Of a stretch of 64,000 nucleotides of DNA, positions 53,871 to 64,000 are shown in pieces. This DNA is from Eledone cirrhosa (lineage: Eukaryota): positions 278,132,001-278,196,000 of the forward strand of contig OZ024743.1 in NCBI GenBank assembly GCA_964016885.1, read 5' to 3'. Below the pieces are notes generated by a model. It was not told the DNA's origin, searched no databases, and worked only from the letters and a program-made list of their open reading frames with translations. The translations under genes and the position numbers were made by a program. Each line of letters begins with the position of its first letter. Positions within the stretch are counted from its first letter, which is position 1.

Positions 53871-54420
53871 AACTATAGTAAGTAAAGTCAATTTTTTAAA
53901 ATTTATTTTGAAACTTTTTCATTATTTGCTAAACCTGATTATATATATATATATATATATCCGTCAAAACAGACACATATAACATCTCTGAAAACTAATT
54001 TGTTGCCATGTCTCAGACTTTATGAAATTTTGAATCATTCGTTCAGGATCTCCTACTATGATGCACGACAACCGCTGCTAAGCACGTCACCACCACGCAA
54101 ATAGTATGGCCTATTGGATTTGACACCGTATTCCATATGGAGCCGTAATGGTTACGAAACACTATACGCTGCCATTCCAGGATAAGCATAATAAAATAAA
54201 TAGAGAAATATGGTCAGGCTCTTTTTGGTTTAATGGTAACACTGCCATACTGCTTACAGAGAGTATGCATTCAAATCCTAGGGGTGATGTTATCTACTTA
54301 ATTTCTATCACTAGGGGATTAGATACTCAATTTGTTCGACTATAGAAAAAAACTTGCGTTGAACCAGTTAATCTTTAGCTAACACATTCAAAATTTTAAT
54401 TACGTCAACGCTAGATGTTC

Positions 54421-54472
<52 letters not shown>

Positions 54473-54477
54473 TTCTT

Positions 54478-54519
<42 letters not shown>

Positions 54520-54520
54520 C

Positions 54521-54555
<35 letters not shown>

Positions 54556-55061
54556 CAAACATACACACATACATACTCATAAATATGTATGTATGTATAC
54601 ATTTATATATGTATATGTGTGTGTATGTCTGTGTGTGTGTATGTGTGTGTGTGAGTGTTTTTTGTTGATATGGTTAAGATAGTATGCACTCAAAATACCT
54701 CTACCGTCTAACTCTAAGTTGATATCATAGAACTGTTTGTTGCTCTCCTATCTATAAATAACATCAACACCAGTAACACTGACTCTATACAATTGTCTAG
54801 ATAAGTGTTTCCCATACTGAGTTTAAATTGTCTCATACATATGAACAATATTCGTGCCTTTTGTTGTATTATTATTTTTTTAAATTCTCTTATCCCCGTG
54901 TCTGGCTTCTCATACATGAGGAGATGATATGGCTTAGCTTTGTGAATTTATACAAACAAATTTACAAATAAATATACAAACCCACATGCCTACATACCTA
55001 TACACACAAATACACATATATATATCTACGCACAGTAATAAGAACACATAGAGATAAGTAC

Positions 55062-55128
<67 letters not shown>

Positions 55129-55524
55129 CATACGCATATATTTATATATATATATATACATATATATGCAGTTTTATGAAAATATACATATACATGCGCT
55201 GAAAAGCATGTACATGCCAAGATCAAAGACTACAGACGCTACCTTACATACATAGTGAAATTCAAGCACACACACAGACACACACACATTATCAACCACA
55301 CCCGGTGCACACAAACATTCGCATACCCTGTAACTTACACACTAAAACACAGTTGTGTATATAGAGGTGTATACATAATTCTAAAACTCTTGTAGTCACA
55401 TAAACAAATATATATATGTATTCGTTATTCTTTCATTCTTTTACTGGTTTCGTTGGACTGTGACCATGCTGAGACCATGCATACATAGATATACAAGCAG
55501 ATGCATACACATAAACACATACAC

Positions 55525-56845
<1,321 letters not shown>

Positions 56846-56898
56846 GGGATATACATGCACATTTACGTCTAGATATAAATATCTATCTATCTGTATAT

Positions 56899-56997
56899 CT
56901 GCCGAGGTTAACTTTGCCTTTCATCCTTACGAGGTCGATAAAATAAATTACCAGTGGTGCACTGGGGTATTCGTTGGCCTTGTGCCAAAAGTAGCAA
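56899..56997 (+). mobile_element. 5'-truncated SINE
   Basis: GAGGTTAACTTTGCCTTTCATCCTTACGAGGTCGATAAAATAAA...GGCCTTGTGCCAAAAGTAG. Confidence 0.8.
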
Positions 56998-57126
56998 CTC
57001 TATAATAAAGAAAGATACCTGTATATCTACCTATCAATCAATTAATCAGTATATCTATGTACCTATCTATAGCTAGCCATCTAACTATCTCCATGTCTCC
57101 CCTCTGTCTTTCTCTCCCTCTCTCTC

Positions 57127-58225
57127 CCTATATATATATATATATATTATATAAATTGGAAGTGGTCGGACGTTGTATATGTAGGTTTAGTCGGATAAAC
57201 TTCGAAACGCCTTGGTAGAATGCAACGAAAATTTACACAGTTATGCATGACCCGAGGAGGCGTTGGGTCGACTTTCAAGCTACAAGCTTCCATGGTTACG
57301 GAGAAAATCGATGAAACCGGAATTTCCCATTCAAATTGAACTGAAAGTAATCCGTGAACGCAGAATTAAATATTTCGAGAAACGTTGCAACCGAAGGAAA
57401 ACAGGAAGACGATATTTTGGTTCGTGAAGACATTCCCTGGCAATGAACGGGAAAAAAGCGAGGATAATACGTCGTTATCTGGAGCTCGAAGAACAATTTC
57501 ATGCAAAGACAAGACCAAGTTTATGGTATAAATGGAGTCGTTTGACTAATATTCTATTTAAAATAACAGAATGATTTCCAGCTCCGGAGTTTAACAATGA
57601 TGTAAATAAAATTGAAAACGAAAATGACAGAAGTTATTAAAATAGTAAAAGTAAATAGTGAAGTTATAAGCCAGTACATACGTATGACCCGACGGACATA
57701 CATACGCATATACATACGCACACACAAATACATACACACCCACAAACACACACAAACACACGCACGCACGCACGCACGCGCGCGCCCGTATGTATAAATC
57801 TTATGCATTTCTACAGTATTTTCACCAAACTTAAGACATAGGTTACTTATGTACTCCGGATGGTCATGGGTACTTTCATTTTTCCAGATATTGATTATAG
57901 GGCCTCCCGGCAGATAACCCCCTTTAACCACTTCCTTGGAGTCGACTGAAGCACTGCAGTGCAATGCAACAAAACGTCATAACTTCTGGAGTTCGCAACC
58001 GATTTTCACAAAACTTGACACATGGGCTACGTTTGTCCTACAGATGAATGTGAATTCTCAGAATTGGCACATATTGAGTAGGGGACTCTAGGTGGCAGGA
58101 ACCCCCATTTGGAAAAAGCCGATGATTTTGTAAAAGTATAGTTTTCGAAGCAGCCCTGAAGTATTGACATACATGATATACACAACTGCTATTTAATACC
58201 CGAGCAACGCCGGGTACCTCTGCTA

Positions 58226-58226
<1 letters not shown>
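57127..58226 (+). mobile_element. Non-autonomous Helitron containing a Naiad 3'UTR/pLTR-like segment
   Basis: 3' hairpin ACCCG-AGCAACGC-CGGGT then CTAG|T; 5' end (C)CTATATA..TATAAA is approximate; 57355-57555 resembles 38150-38345. Confidence 0.65.
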
Positions 58227-58301
<75 letters not shown>

Positions 58302-59786
58302 TGAGCTGGCTATGTGGTAATGCATTTGTCTCCACAACGACATAGTTCTCGATTTACTCCCGCTACTCGGTACTTTTAATTGGTCTTCTTTACTATAGCC
58401 TCCATTTGAACAATGTTTTTTGTAGGCAGAAACTATAGAATCCAATTGTACAATCCATACATACATACATACATACATACATACATACATGCCACGTTTT
58501 ATAATACATACGTACATATATATTTTTTCTCTGTGTATGTGTGCTGGGGTGCTGCGTGTGTTTGATAAATATTTGCTATCTTTGACCACCCGGTTGGTTT
58601 TTCACGCATAGTGTATTACATTATGTAATGCGTAATTCCTTCGTTGAAGCTGGGCAATATCTCATTAGGGAGAACTAGTAGCTCATTCTATGAAGTGTAG
58701 TGACATCTTAGCTGGTTTACCGTTGAATACGCTTGCAATCATCCCTATCTCTCATAGCTTTAAACCCATGTTAACTGAATGATATTACTACGATTAATAT
58801 TATTTTTGTTTGGTTTCGTTTTTGAGAAAAATACACATATACGGAGCATGCGCCAAAGAAATATAAATCAGCATACGAATAGACAGTCTTCTATTTGACA
58901 TTGAAGTACAACAGATGTGTTCTATGTTTATGGGGATTTCTGCACGAAATTCATTATTTTCATAGTTATAGCATTGTGCTGAACACGTTAGACGCCAACA
59001 AAACCCTAATTTGTTGACGACTGTATAAATTTTGCCTATAATGACCGAAGCTTGTAGTATTAAATTTCAATGCTGCTATGTTGCAGGTCCATCATTTTAT
59101 ACTTGTCTGGGATGTTTGGATTGATGGTTTATTCGCAATTAACAGTAAATATGAAATAATTCTATAAAAAATGTAAATGAAAGAAAATGTTTTTTTCCAA
59201 ACAGATGAGTTGGAAAAATGAATTGAACGTTCTTGATATTCCTGAGGGTGTATGTGACAGAAATAAAATCAACGTGCATCAATCGACAACTAAAACATAT
59301 CGCAACCAATTACTAGGCTGTGTATTGGCCAAATCGTTAATACGTCGGATAGATTGCTTTACAATAGTCGTTCCATATCAATACGCTCTGAATTTAAATC
59401 CCGTCGAACGAAATTCAATTTTAATATTTCGTGGCCTATAAATAACATATCACTGAAGTATTGGAGTCAATTCTTCCTCACACACACACTTTCTCTAGAA
59501 ATAACCGGCTGTGTTCAGACCTGAAAAAGTATGGGCTCCACCAGGTTAAAAATATCCTGCAAATATGTCGTATATCACGATGGGGCCCCAATCACTCCTT
59601 CAGAATTTCACCTTAAGCTAGTTAGTGTTTGCCTCTCTACCTTCTGAGTTCAAATACATCCAGCATCATTTAAATAACATTTAAACAACAATTGGGAGAT
59701 TTTCTCGTTTGTTGTTCTTTGTTGTTATTTTTGCTTTTCAATCGGATGTACCACTCCACTAAATATCTTTGGGTATGTATCAGTGT

Positions 59787-59795
59787 ATAATAATG

Positions 59796-59845
<50 letters not shown>
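59787..59845. repeat. (TAA)n tract at the 3' end of the LINE
   Basis: Directly follows the AATAAA signal (minus strand, ~59852-59857). Confidence 0.9.
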
Positions 59846-59847
<2 letters not shown>

Positions 59848-60095
59848 TTTCTTTATTAACCACAAGGGTTTACATAAAGTAGACATTAAGGACAGTGCAG
59901 GACAATACAGGACGGTACAAATGGGCATTTCTGCGTGTAAAAAACAAAAACAGAGGATGTAACAAAAAATAACAACGAAAAATTCCCCAATAGGGGGGAG
60001 ACTTCGGAGGGACATTTGTGGAGAAAGCCCAGTAAACGGCCACAGTGACCCTGACCACCAAGGCAAGTGCCCTCTCCCAGTTTTCCACCTTTAAT

Positions 60096-63000
60096 TTACA
60101 GATACGTACTCAGAGTAGGCCCATTCACTCGGGCCATTCTTGCTTCTCTCACCCATCTTTCAACAAAATGCTGGGAAGAGAGCACTTCCCTCTCTACCCT
60201 GATTTTCCTTTTCAAATGAAATTTGAAAAAGTTAATCAGGGCATCACCGAAGAGGTAAGTGCTCGTCTTCAGCCCTTTCAAACGTGTCCACCATACTATA
60301 TATTTCGACATGGCCACCAGACAGATAAAAACGCCTGTCCTTCCCGGCTAAAGGAGGAGGGCGGGGCAATCCTCACGATGGACTCAGATGATAGCTGGAT
60401 CCGTCCTACACGCGACAGCAGGTGTTCGACATAAACCCACAAGTCAGCAATTTTCGGACACTGGACGAGTGCGTGCAGGACGGTTTCGTCGCTCTGCGCG
60501 CATCTCGGACATGCCCGGCTGACGGCACCTCTATGCCTGTAGATGTTATCCCGAACTGGCAAGGCTCCTCGGTAGCACTGCCAGGCCAGAGATTTCTGGA
60601 AGTTGTCCATAGGTCCCGGCCCGAAAGTTCTTCCGAAGAGATTGGCTAGTTAATTTTCGTCGACGCCTAGACTTTCCCCAAGTAAGTCGTCGCTCTTCCC
60701 CTCCACTAATCCTCTATAGAAGGCCGAGGTGGAGTTTCCACCGAACACATTGCCCAATTGGTCGAGGGCTGTGAGCGCCTGAAGACATTCCAGTCTCCAG
60801 GCGCTCCCTCTCGATCTTCGCTTGACCCAGGACTGCAGCTCCGTCAAGGAAACGAGCTGGGGAAATACGTGTCTAGCAAACGGTGACCACACCTGATCAC
60901 CGTCGAGGAAGAGGTGGAGATGTAGCATGAGCGCGTGTCTGCGCATCATCAGCCACGGCATTCCCAGCCCTCCACGAAGCGGGTTTTGACAGCAGATGGA
61001 CCGCCTGACCATCGGAGCGCATCCCTTCCACAAAAAGCGAAAGAGCAATCGCTCCAGCGCAGTCAGGCGGGGCTTAGGACAAGGTACAACGGTCAGTCGG
61101 TAGCAGATGACAGACGCGATATACGCGTTAGCCACCTCCGCTCGACCTTTCAGGGATAGCTTCCTCTCCGCCCATTTCTGGGTGAGAGAAGCCCCCCTGC
61201 TCGTCACTTCGTCCCAGTTTTTGTCCGTCTGGAGGTCCGGACCGAACCAGACCCCTAGCAATTTAACCGGTCCGTCCGTCCAGTGCCCGACGACGCTGTT
61301 GGACGGCATGGACCTCCCTCTCCAGGTGCCGAGCTGTAGGCCCACTGACTTTTCCTGGTTGATCATTGCTCCTGTCACCGCTTCGTATTCTCTTAGTGTA
61401 GTGCCGATCGCCTCGATGTGTTTGGCGTTCGACACCACTACGGTGACATCGTCCGTTTATGTTGACACGGATCTTCCGCACCCTAGTTCGCGCGGGACTC
61501 CCCTCAACATCTCCAGTTTGTGCAGTAATGGCTCGAGAGTCAATACGTACAAGAGGGACGAGAGGGGACATCCATGGCGGACCGAGCGCATGATGTTGAA
61601 CGGTTCCGAAAGGTGACCGTTCACTCTCACCACAGAGCAGATGTTGTGCATGGCAGCGATCCAGCCTCTGAAGACGGGCCCAAATCCAGCCGCCCTCAGG
61701 ACTGCAGCTAGGTAACGATTGTCGACCCTATCGAAAGCTTTCAACTGTGCCAGATTCCCTAGCTACCCTCTCTGCGATGTATTGCATGAGGTGGACTTGT
61801 CATGGATGGATCTGTCGGGAATGGCGCACGTCTGCGCCTCTCCCACCAGACCACCAACGACAAGCGCCAACCTCTTTGCTAGCACCTTGGCCAAAATCTT
61901 GAACTCCGTGCTTAGCAGAGTTATGAGCCTAAAATTATCTATGTTATCCCCCTTGTTCGGATCCTTTCTCAGCAGCGCCACAGCTCCTCGGCTAACAGAG
62001 CTGGGAATTCTCCCGTTCTGTTGTCCGTCGAGGTAGACACTAAAGTCCATCCCTCGATCCGAAGTGTCGCTGAAAATCTTCACACATTTTCCCGGGATCG
62101 AGTAGCATGCGCCCGTCGTGGTCCACCAAAGACCGGATCGTGGCTTTGTTGCTGCCGCGACGCGCCTCCGCCACTCAGGCCCATTGAACGGCTTTCGTCC
62201 CCTCGTGTCTGAGAGCACGCACCCTAGCTCTGACAACGCAGCCTTCGGGCTTTGTATTGAAGAATTGGTCAAGGGTCAATTTCGCCGCAAGTACGTCGGT
62301 CGCGATGCCTTTTCTAAGCGCCTCGTCTAATTTTCTAACTAATTCTCCCCCTCTGCTCTATTTTTCTCTATTGCTAAACCCTTACTAAACCTAATGGACT
62401 CGATTCTAATTACTCTTTTCATAGCAAACCACCACTTCTTGTTGACGATGTCCCCCAACAACGCCCGCTTAACTAGTTCGCTAATCCGGTCTCTGTAGGC
62501 CTTGCGCGCTGGTAAGGACGCGTTTAGCTTCCACTAGCAGGGTCTTCGTCTATGAAGCCTATCTACGTCAAGCACACAGATTACGAATTTGTGGTCCGTG
62601 TAGCTGACTATCTTGAATTGTGGACAGCCTATGCTATACCTATCTATTTCCCTACAAAATACTCTATCTAGATATGATCTGCATGACCCTATGCGATTTG
62701 TCCAAGTCCACATTAGCACATTCGGGAAATCCAATCGGTACCTGTCAGACAGTTCAAAACGCCTGAGCAGGTTGGTGAGGCTTTTGCACCCTCCTCCACT
62801 ATCCGCTGAACCCACACAGTCCCAGCGTGCATCTAAGATCCCGTTCCAGTCGTCCACTAACATTAAAGAGCGGGACCTTCCAAGAAAGCTCTCCAGACGC
62901 CGGAAGAAATCAGGCCGCCCTCCTCCTGTCGGGGCATAGACGGCCACTAGCCTGAAAGCTTGCCCTTCTCCGCTGGTCCCGTCTAGCACCACCAACTTAC

Positions 63001-63272
63001 CTTCTGGGTCCAGGAAGATGGCCCGTATGGCGAGATCCAAACTTCTCCGAAAAAGCACAGCAAGTCCTCCCACCAAAACAGGACGGCTGGGAGATGCGTA
63101 CACATCGTAGCCGCCGAAGATCGGTGCGAAGGCCCGTGCTTCGGAGATTCTGGTCTCGCTGATGGCCACTACATCTATGTTTAGTGACCTAATTGTCGTT
63201 GAGCAGGTGGCCCTGCTTCCATGACGACCCCAAGCCACGCGCATTTATGCTGCCTATTCTGAGTGAGGTCAT
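60096..63272 (-). pseudogene. L1/Tx1 ORF2 (APE endonuclease, RT, C-terminal CCHC), disrupted
   Basis: SINARGL, ISETR, LVAVYAP, SYLDRVF, YTDH; NFRLITLLSTEFKILAK, KAFDRV, VRHGCPLS, YADD decayed to *TDD, INQEKS, LLGV; CPRC...ETVLHALVQC. Confidence 0.92.
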
Positions 63273-63306
63273 GTTGAAAAGGAGTGGAAAAGATGGGAAA
63301 GATCAC

Positions 63307-63906
63307 TTACCTTACTTCTCGTAGAGGAAGGACGATGTTTCCATCCTTTTCACTGCTTGTGGCCTCCTCAGGAAGGATGTCCTTATAAATCCTCCTGGAG
63401 AGTGCTTTTCGGAAGTCTCCGATGTCTTTGAGGAATTTTTGTTTTAGTGTCATGTACGTTTTCTGTGTGATGCGAGTGATTTGTATGTGTGGAGGTGGTG
63501 TGAATTTTTGGGTTGTTGTGTAGTCTTTTTCTGTGATGCTGGTGTTGTGTTGGATGTAGTGTAATAATTGCTTGTTGTTCAAATTTAATGCTGTGTAGTG
63601 TGTATCGTTTTGGTTGTTTTGTTTTGTTTGCGTTTGTTGTGGGTTTGTTTCTGTTTCGCATGTTGGTGACTTTTGTGGTGTATGTGATGGTGGTGTTGGG
63701 GTTAATGGTGGTGATGGTGTTGGTGTTTGGGGTGATGGGGTTGGTGATGCTGGTGTGGATGGTGACATATCTGTCCTAACTTTTTTGTTTGTTAACTTAT
63801 TTGTTTCCCTCTGTATTTTCTTTTTGGAGAGGGAAGGAAGAGAATTTTTTTCTTTTTTGGTTTCTTTTTTTATTTCCTGATACCGTTTCCCACTCCTCGT
63901 CGTCAC
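63307..63906 (-). CDS. Putative LINE ORF1 (199 aa, basic and Pro/Thr-rich, probably internally deleted)
   Basis: Open frame ending 35 bp before the ORF2 ATG on the same strand; no zinc knuckle visible. Confidence 0.5.
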   Translation of the reverse strand: MTTRSGKRYQEIKKETKKEKNSLPSLSKKKIQRETNKLTNKKVRTDMSPSTPASPTPSPQTPTPSPPLTPTPPSHTPQKSPTCETETNPQQTQTKQNNQNDTHYTALNLNNKQLLHYIQHNTSITEKDYTTTQKFTPPPHIQITRITQKTYMTLKQKFLKDIGDFRKALSRRIYKDILPEEATSSEKDGNIVLPLREVR

Positions 63907-64000
63907 AATCTGTCTCCAGTTGTGATAGGCCGGGGAGTGGAAAATCCTCCACAGGCGTTAGTTTTGGTTGTGGCGTGGGTGCTAGTTCTGAAGCGTTGGG

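Larger units (their letters stand above)
59846..64000 (-). mobile_element. L1/Tx1-group LINE, decayed; 5' end may extend past the window
   Basis: Short ORF1 remnant, ORF2 with APE-RT-CCHC, AATAAA and (TTA)n tail; GC-rich relative to the flanks. Confidence 0.9.

Noticed and set aside
60935-62939. Plus-strand ORFs overlapping the L1/Tx1 element
   Set aside because: Antisense shadows of GC-rich ORF2 codons

Overview
Eukaryotic, AT-rich DNA saturated with microsatellites. The repeat landscape (huge (TA)n/(CA)n/(CTA)n tracts and a tRNA-derived SINE family) suggests an invertebrate such as a cephalopod, but that is inference only. No host protein-coding gene can be supported, and nearly all ORFs in the track are microsatellite translations or transposon relics. 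Recognisable elements: three Penelope-like element (PLE) relics (a Neptune-like RT+GIY-YIG copy with ~0.55-0.6 kb inverted pLTRs, a 5'-truncated Naiad-like copy with inverted pLTRs, and an RT fragment), a CR1-group LINE, an L1/Tx1-group LINE, an R4/Dong-like RLE fragment, two non-autonomous Helitrons, a Tigger-like MITE, a mariner relic and several SINEs. The most notable signal is a dense set of short non-coding elements sitting in (TA)n tracts that carry type I hammerhead ribozyme (HHR) folds, read by eye: about 12 complete or degenerate motifs from about 8 sequence families. These include an inverted double-HHR mini-element, two unrelated families with a CAGAAGA (U4A) core, and repeated fold-back 'half-hammerhead' insertions.
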